A stretch of 64,000 nt of DNA, taken from NCBI RefSeq assembly GCF_009914755.1, contig NC_060943.1; one strand, 5' to 3'. The translations under genes were made by a program, and so were the position numbers. This DNA comes from the human T2T-CHM13v2.0 reference genome, Homo sapiens. The notes under the pieces are model-generated. The model was not told where the DNA came from and did not search any database. It saw nothing but the letters and a program-made list of their open reading frames with translations. This document shows positions 1 through 31,709 of this stretch, piece after piece; the first letter of the stretch is position 1; each line of letters begins with the position of its first letter.

Positions 1-436
1 TCCTTTTATTAATGTGGTAGATTACATTGATTGATTTAACTAAATTGAATGTCCTTTGCTTTCCTGGGGTATTTTCCATTTGGACATGGTATGTAATTTT
101 TCAAATACGCTATTAGATTTGATTTGCTAGTATTTTATTGGAGATTTTTAATCTGTTATCTTAAAGGTATTGGTCTATAGTTTTCTTGTTATGTCTTTGT
201 CTGGTGTGTTACCAGTGAAATGCTGGCCTCATAGAATAAGTTACAATGTGTTCCCTCCTTTTCTATTTTTTGGGGGATTTTAAAGGTTTGATCAGATTCA
301 CTAGTGAGGCCATCTAATTGTGAGCTTTTCTTTGTAGGACTGTTTTTATTACTAATTCAGCCTTTTTTCATATTATAGATCTATTCAAACTTTGTATTTT
401 TTCTTGAATTTGCTTTGTTTTTTATTTTTGTTTTTG

Positions 437-720
437 TTTTGAGACAAGGTCTCACTCTGTGGCCCAGGCTGGAGTGCAGTAGCGAGATCTTGGCTCACTG
501 CAACCTCTGCCCCCTTGGTTCAAGCAATTCTTGTGCCTCAGCCACCGAGTAGCTGGGGTTACAGGTGTGCACCACCACGCCTGGCTATTTTTTGTATTTT
601 TAGTAGAGATGGGGTTTCACCATGTTGCCAGGCTGGTCTCAAACTACTGGCCTCATGTGATCCGCCCACCTCAGCCTACCAAAGTGCTGGGATTACAGTC
701 ATGAGCCATCACACCCGGCC
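437..720 (-). mobile_element. Alu
   Basis: Alu consensus in antisense orientation with a T-rich tail. Confidence 0.9.
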
Positions 721-1234
721 TTCTTGGATCTGTTTTAATAATTTGTGCATTTTAAGGAATTTGCTCATCTACATTACAGAATTTATTCATGTATACTTCA
801 TTATATTCTCCTTTTTTATTTCTGCAAGGTCAGTAATAATGTCTCCATGTTCATCTCTAATTTATTTATTTGCATTTGCCCTCTGTCATCGAGGACAGAC
901 TACCTAAAGGTTTGTCAGTTTGCCAATCTTGAAGAACCAACTTGTGGTGTCACTGATTTTCTCTGTGCTTTTTATATTCTCTATTTCATGTACATTCATT
1001 CTAATCTTTATTTCTTTCTGTCTGCCCACTTTTAATTTACTTTGCTATTCTTTTTGTAGTTCCTTGAGATTAAAAGTTAGATTATTAATTTGATACCTTT
1101 TTTCTTTTTTGAAGAAACTTGTTAAAGGTTTAAATTTGCGAGCAATGTTTCTACAGAATCTCACAGACATTGATATGTTGTGTTTCCAATTTCATTTCTC
1201 TCAAGATATTTTCTAATTTCACTTGTGCATTCTT

Positions 1235-1549
1235 TTTTGTTTTGTTTCGTTTTGTTTGAGATGGAGTCTCACTCTGTTGCCCAGGCTGTGGAGTGCAGTG
1301 GCGCAATCTTGGCTCACTGCAACCTCTACCTCCTGGGTTTATGCGATTCTCCTGCCTCAGCCCACCCCTGCCCCAAGTAGCTGGGATTATAGGCGCACGC
1401 CACCACGCCCGGCTAATTTTTGTACTTTTAATAGAGACGGGGTTTCACCATGTTGGCCAGGCTGGTCTTGAACTCCTGACCTCAGGTGATCCACCCGCCT
1501 CGGCCTCCCAAAGTGCTGGAATTACAGGCGTGAGCCACCGCGCCCAGCC
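1235..1549 (-). mobile_element. AluS-type element with TSD GTGCATTCTT
   Basis: TSD at 1225-1234 and 1550-1559. Confidence 0.85.
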
Positions 1550-2046
1550 GTGCATTCTTCTTTAAACCATTGGTTGTTTATGAGCCTGCTATTTAATTTC
1601 CACATATCTGAATTTCCCAGCATTCTTTTTATTGTGAATTTCTAGCTTCTTTCTAGAGCAATCTTGGAAGATACTTTGTATAGTTTCAGTTTTTTTTAAT
1701 TTGCTGTGACCTGTCCCATGGCCTAACATATGGTCTATCCTGGAGAATGCTCCATTGCACTTGAGAGGGGCGACTGCTCCGCTGTTGGTAAATGCAGTGC
1801 TCTACGTAGGCTTTGCGTCCAAGTTGGTCTATAGTTTATTCAAATCCCCCCTTTCATGATTAATGCGCTGTCTGTTGGGTCTATGCATTATTGCAAGGGC
1901 CATATTGATGTCTCCAGCTTTTGTAAAACCATCTATTTTCCGCCTTAAATTTTGTTCATCTTTACTTCTTATATTTCTGGTCTCCATGGTTTCGTGAGTA
2001 CATTGTCATAGTTTTGTTTCTTCTTACTGAATTGACACTTTTATCA

Positions 2047-3163
<1,117 letters not shown>

Positions 3164-3458
3164 TCATGGTAAACGGACATTGAGGTGTACAATGACATAT
3201 AAAGGTCTCCTTCTTTGCCTTACGAAACCCAATTTCTCGCCACAAAACCATCCACTCCTTACACTGTTGCCTTTCAAATGCTTTTAATAAAGAACTGGTG
3301 GGGAAGTACAAAGTGTGACAATTCATAGCAGGAAAGAGGACGGGCATTAAAAGATAGGGATTCAAAACCCAGGACTGTCCCCACTGACTCACCCCCCAAC
3401 TGCGGGGCCACACCCCACAGCTTCTCAGCACCCCCTCCTCCTGCACTTCATCCACCTG

Positions 3459-5695
<2,237 letters not shown>

Positions 5696-5787
5696 AGCTG
5701 TAGAGTTCCTCCTGCTGACCCCACTCCTGAGGCACAGACAGCCCTTGGCTTGCCGGAAAATGCAGTGGCTTCTGCATCTAGCTCCTC

Positions 5788-5855
5788 TTTTACAGAGGGA
5801 GTGATAATGCAATCAGTGGATAATCCATAGGGAACGCCCTGTCTCCACCCATTGG
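5788..5855 (-). promoter_or_regulatory. Copy 1 promoter: CCAAT, GGGTGG, TAATCC, DUX4-type TAATGCAATCA (5805-5815) and a variant TATA (TGTAAAA)
   Basis: Motifs read directly. TAATGCAATCA fits the DUX4 consensus TAAYBBAATCA, and MBD3L2-family genes are established DUX4 targets. Confidence 0.75.
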
Positions 5856-6054
5856 ATTTGAAGCATTTCTAAATCTTTATACAGAAACCAATATGGTGTT
5901 ACCAACACAGAATGTCAGTAGAAAAAGAATTTAATCCGTGTGTGTGGCGGGGTGGTATTTACAGTTAATATCGGCATTTTAGATATGTTTCCTTTTCCTC
6001 CCATTCTCTCAAACATCTTTGAAAGCATTCTACGGAAATAAGAATGGAATTGTC

Positions 6055-6376
<322 letters not shown>

Positions 6377-7424
6377 CTAATAAATAAACAGACCTAATAA
6401 AAAAGAAATACAGTCTCAGCAGCCTTGGTCTATGCAGTGACTACTCAGTTTTTTCCTATTATTTTTCATGATGTTTTCATTGTATAAATCTTCCTGGTTT
6501 GATCTTTGAGGAGGCAGACAGATGCTGGCTATTTTACCAATTTGGACCTGGGGCTAGGAAGTTTAAGACACAATTAGCTTACGTATTTAATCACATTGTG
6601 GCAATTTCAATGCACCGATGCCTCCCCTGCAAACTCCAATATATAGACACAATATACCGCGCTCTAGCCTGGGCGACAGAGTGAGACTCCATCTAAAAAA
6701 AAAAAAAGAAAGATCTCCTATTAATGAAAATGCAGAGAGAAATGGGTGCTAGAAAATCATATTGGAAAAGATATTTGCATGATGTGCATCCAGTAAAGTA
6801 CATCAAGCCAGAATACAGACTAGAAAGATGTCCATCAAATGAAAAAAAATACTAAAAATTGATGTGCAAAATGAGTGGAAAACTTCAGTAGGCACTATTG
6901 AAGAGAGAATAAATAAATGGTCAATACAATCCTGAACACATGCCCAAATTCTGTTTAGCTTCAGATAAACGCTGATGAAAAATCACTATGAGATACTCAT
7001 ATACACTTCTGTTTGGCTAAAATGAAAAAATAGCAATGCCAAGTGCAGACATGGCTATGGAGCAATCATACCATTCACGTGTAGCCAGTGAGAGTTTAAA
7101 TGGGAAGAAATGTACTTTATTTGTATCCCAACCTGAACGTACATTGGAATCTCCTGGAGAGTTTGAAAAACTAATGGTAGCACACACCCCTACACATTTT
7201 TATTCCACTGATGTTGGATGCAGCCTAGGCTATAGGAATTTTACAATCCCCTAAAGACCAAAAGGACAGCCAAGGATGACACACCACTTCCCTGGTTGGT
7301 TTGGAGTCTGTGGTTTTGAACTTTGGTTTGCAGAAAACACACCTGGGAGTGTTTTCACACCTGGGTGCCTTCCAGACCAGTGTCTCCGGATGCCTACGGG
7401 AGGGGCCAGGAAATCAGAAATCAT

Positions 7425-14384
<6,960 letters not shown>

Positions 14385-14734
14385 TAGTAATTTCTTTGCA
14401 ACAACTGTGTGATATATTCTATAGGATTGTGAATAAAAGTTTTGGGCTTTCTTTTCTTAAAGAACATTTAAATGGTCTTTAGTTGTTGTTATTAAATCAA
14501 ATATTACGTGAACATTTATGTACATAGACAATTCCATTCCTATTTCTATAGAAAGTATTCAAAGATGTTTGGAAAACTGGGAGAAAAAGGGAAACATATC
14601 TAAAATGCTGATATTAACTGTAAATACCACCCCGCCACACACACATACACACGTATTCAATTCTTTCTCTACTAACACTCTGTGTAGGTAACACCACATT
14701 GGTTTCTGTATAAAGATTTAGAAATGCCTCAAAT

Positions 14735-14806
14735 CCAATGGGCGGAGACAGGGTGTTCCCTGTGGATTATCCACTGATTGCATTATCACTCGCTTTCTCT
14801 ATAAAA
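14735..14806 (+). promoter_or_regulatory. Copy 2 promoter: CCAAT 14735, GGGCGG 14740, GGATTA 14764, DUX4-type TGATTGCATTA 14775-14785, TATAAAA 14800-14806
   Basis: Motifs read directly, ~100 bp upstream of the ATG. Confidence 0.8.
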
Positions 14807-14899
14807 AGGGGAACCAGATGCAGAAGTCACTGCATTTTCCGGCAAGCCAAGGGTTGTCTGCATCTCAAGAGTGGGGTCAGCAAGAGAAACTCTACGGCT

Positions 14900-17183
<2,284 letters not shown>

Positions 17184-17412
17184 AGCTCAGTCCTGGGCTT
17201 TCGGTCCCTTTCTTTTAATGCCCATCCTCATTCCTACTCTGAATTGTCACACTTTTCCCTTCCCCACCAGTTCTTTAATAAAAGTATTTGAAAGGCAACA
17301 GGTGTAAGGAGTGGATGTTTTTGTGGTGAGAAATTGGGTTTTATGGGATGAGGAAGGAGACCTTTACATGTCACTGTACATCTCAGTTTCTGTTTACCAC
17401 GATTTTAATTAA

Positions 17413-18040
<628 letters not shown>

Positions 18041-18736
18041 TCCAATTTAATTTTCAAATGAAATCCTTTAAAAATGAAATGAAATTCTGTAATTTTAAAT
18101 GAAACGAATACATTACATTATAATTTGTTAAAAATGTATTACATTTTCATTTTTAAATTGAGTTTTCATTGTTTGAAATTTTCGATTTAGGGGTACATGT
18201 GTACATGTTTGTTACATGGATATATCGCTTAACGGTGGGGGTTGGTTTTGTAGTTTATGGGTTACCCAAATACTAATCATCGTACCCAGTAGCTAAGTTT
18301 TCAACCCATGGGTAAACTCAATTAACCTAGCCTGAAGGATTATTCACTGTTTAGACATTACATTTTCTCCCTATAGTATACATTCTCAAGGCGAAGTTGG
18401 TACGTATCCCAAGATTTTTTTTTTAATGAAACATTTTTACCCCATTTACTCTGATGTGGTTATCAGACATTTTGTGCCTGTATCAAAATATCTCACGTAC
18501 CACATAAATATATACACATACTACGTCCCTGCCCACTGTTTGACTTTGAGTTTCCTTACCTCTTTATCATTGATCGAAACATGGAATGGAATACCTCATG
18601 GTAATTATTTTATGCATCTCGGGTTAGGTGGAAACTACTGGTTGTTTTCACTCTAGCAGAGTTAGGGTGGCAGGAAGTGCCCATCAGCAGATGCTACTGC
18701 ACACCAGCCCGGGCGACAGAGCAAGACTCTGTGTGT

Positions 18737-20415
18737 AAAAATAAATATATAATTTATATATAATTATAAATACATTATATATAATTTATACATAATTATA
18801 AATACATTATGTATAATAAAATTATATACTATATAATTATATTATATACTATAATATATTTCTTATATAATTATATTATATTATAATTTATATGTTATAT
18901 AATTATATTTTATATTATAATATAATTTATATGTTATATAATTATATTTTATATTATAATATAATTTATATGTTATATAATTATATTATATATTATAATA
19001 TAATTTATATGTTATTTAATTATATTATAAATTATAATATAATTTATATATTATATAATTATACATATTATATATTCAAATATAATTTGTATATTATATA
19101 ATTATATATATTAAAATATAATTTATATATTATATAATTATATATATTATGTATTATAATTATATTTATATATTATATTTATATAATTATATGTAATATA
19201 TTTAATTGTATAATATAATTATATAATACATAGGTATATTATATAATTATTATATATAATTATATATAATTATATTATATATATTATATTATTATAATAT
19301 AATATATATAATATTATATTATATATTATATATATTATATATTATATATATATTATATATTATATATATATTATATATTATATTATATATAATAATTATA
19401 TAATATAATATATATTATATTATATAATATATAATTATACATAACTATATTATATATAATATATAATTATAATATAATATGATATAATTTTATATAATTA
19501 TATTATATTATATATATTATATATTATATATTACATATTATATATATTATATATAATATATACTATATAATATAATAAATTATATATTATACATAATATA
19601 TAATATAATAATATATAATTATATATAATATATATAATATACTATAATATAATTATATATCATTATATATAATACAGTTATGTATAATTATATATTATAT
19701 AATATAATATATATTACATTATATAATTATAATATATATAATTATATATAATTATATAATATACCGATATAGTATATATTATACAATTATATTATATAAT
19801 TATATAAATATGATATATAAATATAATTATAATATATAATATATAATTACATAATATATAAATTATATATTAATATATAATATATGTAAGTATATAATAT
19901 ATAAATTATATTATATATATAATATAATTATATAACATATAAATTATATTATATATATAATATAATTATATAACATATAAATATATTATATATATAATAT
20001 AATTATATAACATATAAATTATATTATATATAATATAATTATATAACATATAAATTATATTATATATAATATAATTATATAACATATGAAGTATATTATA
20101 ATATAAAATATAATTATATAACATATAAATTATATTATAATATAAAATATAATTATATAACATATAAATTATATTATAATATAATTATATAAGAAATATA
20201 TTATAGTATATAATATAATTATATAGTATATAATTGTATTATACATAATGTATTTATAATTATGTATAAATTATATATAATGTATTTATAATTATATATA
20301 AATTATATATAATGTATTTATAATTATATATAAATTATATATAATGTATTTATAATTATATATAAATTATATATAATGTATTTATAATTATATATAAATT
20401 ATATATTTATTTTTA
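18737..20415. repeat. ~1.7-kb AT-rich low-complexity tract 1 (palindrome spacer, PATRR-like)
   Basis: Almost only A/T. The two ends are reverse-complementary and built from ~30-bp units (e.g. ATAATTTATATGTTATATAATTATATT...). Confidence 0.95.
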
Positions 20416-21129
20416 GACACAGAGTCTTGCTCTGTCGCCCGGGCTGGTGTGCAGTAGCATCTGCTGATGGGCACTTCCTGCCACCCTAACTCTGCTAGAG
20501 TGAAAACAACCAGTAGTTTCCACCTAACCCGAGATGCATAAAATAATTACCATGAAGTATTCCATTCCATGTTTTGATCAACGATAAAGAGAAAGAGGTA
20601 AGGAAACTCAAAGTCAAACAGCGGGCAGGGACGTAGTATGTGTATATATTTATGTGGTACGTGAGATATTTTGATACAGGCACAAAATGTCTGATAACCA
20701 CATCAGAGTAAATGGGGTAAAAATGTTTCATTAAAAAAAAAATCTTGGGATACGTACCAACTTCGCCTTGAGAATGTATACTATAGGGAGAAAATGTAAT
20801 GTCTAAACAGTGAATAATCCTTCAGGCTAGGTTAATTGAGTTTACCCATGGGTTGAAAACTTAGCTACTGGGTACGATGATTAGTATTTGGGTAACCCAT
20901 AAACTACAAAACCAACCCCCACCGTTAAGCGATATATCCATGTAACAAACATGTACACATGTACCCCTAAATCGAAAATTTCAAACAATGAAAACTCAAT
21001 TTAAAAATGAAAATGTAATACATTTTTAACAAATTATAATGTAATGTATTCGTTTCATTTAAAATTACAGAATTTCATTTCATTTTTAAAGGATTTCATT
21101 TGAAAATTAAATTGGAATTTTTGTTTTGA

Positions 21130-21261
<132 letters not shown>

Positions 21262-21453
21262 TGATTAGTTATTTTTAGTAGAGATGGGGTTTCGCCATAT
21301 TGGCCAGGCTGGTCCTGAACTCCTGACCTCAGACGATCTGCCCTGCTCCGCCTCCCAAAGTGCTGGGACTACAGGCATAAGCCACAGCGCCAGGCCAAAG
21401 ATTAAATTAGAATTTAATACAAAAACTAATTAACGGCCAGGCAAGGTGGCTTA

Positions 21454-21744
<291 letters not shown>

Positions 21745-21973
21745 TTAATTAAAATCGTGGTAAACAGAAACTGAGATGTACAGTGACATGTAAAGGTCTC
21801 CTTCCTCATCCCATAAAACCCAATTTCTCACCACAAAAACATCCACTCCTTACACCTGTTGCCTTTCAAATACTTTTATTAAAGAACTGGTGGGGAAGGG
21901 AAAAGTGTGACAATTCAGAGTAGGAATGAGGATGGGCATTAAAAGAAAGGGACCGAAAGCCCAGGACTGAGCT

Positions 21974-24257
<2,284 letters not shown>

Positions 24258-24350
24258 AGCCGTAGAGTTTCTCTTGCTGACCCCACTCTTGAGATGCAGA
24301 CAACCCTTGGCTTGCCGGAAAATGCAGTGACTTCTGCATCTGGTTCCCCT

Positions 24351-24422
24351 TTTTATAGAGAAAGCGAGTGATAATGCAATCAGTGGATAATCCACAGGGA
24401 ACACCCTGTCTCCGCCCATTGG
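24351..24422 (-). promoter_or_regulatory. Copy 3 promoter (TATA 24351-24357; DUX4-type motif 24372-24382)
   Basis: Mirror of the copy 2 promoter. Confidence 0.8.
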
Positions 24423-24772
24423 ATTTGAGGCATTTCTAAATCTTTATACAGAAACCAATGTGGTGTTACCTACACAGAGTGTTAGTAGAGAAAGAATTGA
24501 ATACGTGTGTATGTGTGTGTGGCGGGGTGGTATTTACAGTTAATATCAGCATTTTAGATATGTTTCCCTTTTTCTCCCAGTTTTCCAAACATCTTTGAAT
24601 ACTTTCTATAGAAATAGGAATGGAATTGTCTATGTACATAAATGTTCACGTAATATTTGATTTAATAACAACAACTAAAGACCATTTAAATGTTCTTTAA
24701 GAAAAGAAAGCCCAAAACTTTTATTCACAATCCTATAGAATATATCACACAGTTGTTGCAAAGAAATTACTA

Positions 24773-25081
<309 letters not shown>

Positions 25082-27109
25082 CTATTTCGTGCATTTACAT
25101 TTAATATAATTACCAGTAAATTTGAAATTGTTTCAATCATCTCATTTTTCCTAGGTTTTGACTTAACTGACTCACGTTCCTTTTGCCTTTACTTGACTGA
25201 CTTTGAATTAAATATGTTTATTATTTTATTGTTATCTCCATGAACTTGCTAGTTACAGCCATACAAATCTGTGTAGTTATGCTAATAATTAAATCATATA
25301 CTCTGATACAATTAATTACTTTAACCCCTCCCACAAAATGCTAATACTTTAGAACACTTTTAATTCTCTTTTTAGCTGTTTCTGACTTTTGTATTACCAT
25401 TCTCATGCATATTAATTCTACACATATTTTACTCTCCAGGAGACATTTCTAGTATTGCTTCATAAAGCAATATGCACTAATATTTACCTACAGCTTATCT
25501 TGTGCATTCATCTTTGTTCCTTTCTGCATTTCTAGCATTCAATCTGGGATTATTTCCCTGTGGACTTGAGAATTCATTCTAGTATTTTTCTTCTAATTCA
25601 ATGCTGCTAACAACTAATTGTTTTCCTTTACACTTTTATTTAGGCATCTTTATTTGGGGGCAATATTGCTGTCAGGTACGGGTGTCTGGTTTGACAAATT
25701 TCTTTCAGCATATTAGAAATGGTGCCCCACTGATGTCTATCTCATTTTACCTGTGTTGAGATGTCAGCTGTCAGGCTTTTCCTTGCTTCTTTGGTTTCCA
25801 CATTCTCTAAACTCTTTCTTGTTGTGGTTGGTTTGTAGGCCACAGTGTAGCTCATTATTGCTTCCTGTGTATTTCCTTTGCCTAGAGGGTGTGGAGTCAA
25901 TTGCATCTGTGGGTTGATGTCTTTCATTGGTTTGGAAGGTGCATATGTATCCTTCACTTCTGATATCCATTCTTGTCCAAGTTCTCTCTACTCTTCTTTT
26001 AATCACATCCCACTTGTCTCTGAAGTTTCCAATGTTGTTCATGCTTTGGTGGGAATATTTGCTCTTGAACCTTGTTCCACTTTGCTAATCTACCTTTTTT
26101 CTAGGTTCAGTCTCATTTTAATTTTCCTTCCTTCCTTCCTTCCTTCCTTCCTTCCTTCCTGTCTTCCTTCCTTCCTGTCTTCCTTTCTTTTCTCTCTTTT
26201 CTTTCGAGATGGGGTCTCACTCTGTCACCCAGGCTGGAGAGCAGTGGCGGGATCTCAGCTCACTGCAACCTCTGCCTCCCGGGTTCAATGATTCTCCTGC
26301 TTCAGCCTCCCAAGTAGCTGGGACTATAGGCACATGCCACCACACCCAGCTTATTTTTGTATTTTTTGTCGAGACGGGGTTTCACCATGTTGGCCAGGGT
26401 GGTCTCGAACTACTGACCTCAAGTGATTCACCTGCCTTGGCCTCTCAAAGTGCTAGGATTACAGGCGTGAGCCACCGTGCCTGGCCTAATTTCTTATACT
26501 CTTAGTTTCAGTTCTAAGTATAAAACACAGTAAATAGCTTTAATTAAAAACTAGGTAGAAGAACAGCTTCACAGTCAATGAGGAGATAATCTGCCTTCTT
26601 GATACAATGAAACTCTAAATAGAAAGGAGAAAATTCAAATTTGAACCATATTAAGATACATTAAGAGCAACTATTCATTCAAATACATCAGTAAGAGAGA
26701 AAGCGTGGAAAACCGGAGTGGGGGAAGAGGTTTGGATCCTGTACCCCCAGGAAAGTACATCAAGCCAGAGTATATATATAAAAAAAATCTTAATATTTAA
26801 AAAAAAGAGAATAATGTCAAACAAACAGAGAAAAATAATGAAAACACACTTGAAACTGGGTGAAAAACTTGAATGGATCCTACACAAAAGAATATAAACA
26901 AGTGACCGTAAAAAATTATTATCATCATTATTATTATTATTAATTTTCAGGTGGAGTCTTGTTCTGTCACCCAGGCTGGAGTGCAGTGGCACGATCTTGG
27001 CTCGCCGCAACTCTGCCTTCTGGGTTCAAGCGATTCTCCTGCCTCAGCCTCCTGAGTAGGTGGGATTACAGGCTCCCACCACCACGTCCAGCTAATTTTT
27101 GTATTTTGA

Positions 27110-27232
<123 letters not shown>

Positions 27233-28197
27233 TGACCAGCAAAATTTGAGCAAATGTTTAACCCTTTTAGCTTCAGGGAAATGCTAAAAAAATAAAAATT
27301 ACAATGAGATACTATTATATAGATATCAACTTAGCTAAAGGGAAAAACGCAGAAACACCAAGTGCTGACTAGATTATGGAGGGACCAGTCTTTCCCGTAA
27401 GGATAGTGGGAGTTTAAATTGGAATAACCGCTTTGGAAAACTATATGCAAACATCTATTAAAGCTGTATAGGGCCAGGCATGGTGGTTTATGCCTGTAAT
27501 CCCAGCATTTTGGGAAGCAGAGGTGGGAGGATCGCTTGAGCTCAGTAGTCTAGAAGCAACTTGGACAACATAGGAAGACCTTATCTCTACAAAAAATAAA
27601 AAATAAGCATTGTCAGGCATGGTGATGCCTGCCTGTAGTCCCATCTACTTAGGAGGCTGAAGTGGGAGGATCACTTGAGCCCAGGAGATCAAGGCTGTAG
27701 TGAGTTGTGATTGAGCTACTGCACTCCAGCCTGGGTGACAGAGCAAGACCCTGTCTCAAAAACAAAAGCTGTAGGCTGGGCACAGTGGCTTACGCCTGTA
27801 ATCCCAGCACTTTAGGAGGCTGAAGCGCGCGGATTACTTGAGGTCAGGAGTTTGAGACCAGCCTGGCCGACATGGTGAAACCTCCTCTCTATTGAAAATA
27901 CAAAAAAATTAGCCAGGCATGGTGGCGTACGCCTGTAGTCTCAGCTACTCGGGAGGCTGATGCAGGAGAATTGCTTGAACCCAGAGGTGGAGGTTGCGGT
28001 GAGACAAGATTGCGCCACTGCACTCCAGCCTGGGTGAGAGAGAGACTGTCTCAAAAGAACAAACAGGCGGTGGCTCAAGCTTGTAATCCCAGCACTTTGG
28101 GAGGCCGAGGCAGGCAGATCACCTGAGATCAGGAATTCAAGACCAGCCAGGCAAACATGGTGAAACACCATCTCCACAAAAATACAAAAATTAGCTA

Positions 28198-28398
<201 letters not shown>

Positions 28399-29210
28399 TC
28401 AACATTGTACATGCGTGCCCACCAATTTCATGTTCTGCGGGGCACAGAACCTGCAGTCATAATAGCTCTTGTCAGAAACCAGCCAATGAACAGCAGGAGA
28501 ATGAATAAATACTGGGGCATCTGCACCCATCGGTTCTTCTCACAGCAATCAGAACTCACAAATGACAACCGGCACAACCTTAAGCCTTGATCTCTCAAAG
28601 CTGAGGTTAATCCAAACCCAAGACAGTGCATACCATGTGGTTCCCTACACGTGAAACAAAAACCAGCCAAACTAATCCTAGGTGCTGTTACAACAGAGGG
28701 TGCCTTTGTGGGAGGCAGGATGGGGTAGCAGGAAAAGGCACCTGGGGATGAATCCGCTATTCTATTCATTGATTTCAGTGCTGGGCATGAGTGCGTTCAG
28801 TTTGTGAAAGTTCGTGAAGATGTATGTGTCTGATTTTTTGCACTTTGCTCTATGTAAGTTCTATGGCAATAACAATTGAGGAAAAGAGACTGAGATATAA
28901 ACTCCCGCTTATGGCCAATCTGTGGCAAACTTCCACCCCATAAAACAACCTCAGGAATACCGCCTTGTATACTGGGAATTTGCCGAAAGAGTAGATTTCA
29001 GCTACTCTTTCTACACACACGTACACAAAGGTAATTACATCAGGAGACGGATATGTTCCTTTGCTTCATTGTAGTAATCATTTCGCTACATATACGTGCA
29101 TCAAAACATCATGTATGCCTTAAATACATACAATTAAAAACAACACAGGCTGGGCGCAGTGGCTCACGCCTGTAATCCCAGCACTTTGGGAGGCCAAGGC
29201 GGGTGGATCA

Positions 29211-29773
<563 letters not shown>

Positions 29774-30060
29774 CTAATAGATAAACAGATAAAAAAAATA
29801 CAATTTCTGCAGCCTTGGTCTCTGCAGTGACTACTCAGTTTTTTCTTATGATTTTTCACAATCTTTTCCTTGTGTAAATCCTCCTGGTTTGATCTTTGGG
29901 GATGCAGAGAAATACTGGCTATTTTGCCAATTTGGACCTGGGACTAGGAAGTTTAAGACACAATTAGGGCCGGGTGCGGTGGCTCACGCCTGTAATCCCA
30001 GCACTTTGGGAGGCCAAAGCAGGAGGATCATGAGGTCAGGAGCTGAGACCGTCCTGGCTA

Positions 30061-30291
<231 letters not shown>

Positions 30292-30453
30292 TTAATCCTG
30301 TAGGGCAATTTCAAGGTACTGATGTCTCCCTCAGCACCTCAGCAAACTCCATTATATGGATGCAAATGATCCTGCCTGGGATCCAGACACCAGTCCTTTT
30401 AAATTTTACTGTGAAATTCAAATGAGCTGCAAAATCTGAGACCCCCGAAATGA

Positions 30454-30898
<445 letters not shown>

Positions 30899-31183
30899 TA
30901 AACTCCTGACCTCAAGTGATCCAACCACCTCGGCCTCCTAAAGTGCTAGGATTACAGGCGTGAGCCACCACACCCGGCCTAATTTTTGTATTTTTAGTAG
31001 AGATGGGGTTTCACCAAGTTGGCCAGGCTGGTCACAAACTCCTGACCTCAAATGATCTGTCCGCCTCGGCCTCCCAAAGTGCTGGGATAACAGGTGTAAA
31101 CCACCCTGCCCTGGCAGGACTTGGAGTTCTTAAAAATAATAATAACAATAAATTCTGTTTGGGAGGCTGAGGTGGGCAGATCA

Positions 31184-31709
<526 letters not shown>

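Larger units (their letters stand above)
1..2040 (-). mobile_element. Old L1 fragments (antisense) interrupted by Alus
   Basis: T-rich sequence with L1 ORF2-type antisense words (GCTGGCCTCATAGAATAAG, GGCCTAACATATGGTCTATCCTGGAGAATG). Subfamily not determined. Confidence 0.65.

Noticed and set aside
18892-20163. Repetitive MLYNYILYYNIIY ORFs (also 38362..38610)
   Set aside because: Artefact of ~30-bp units in the AT tract.
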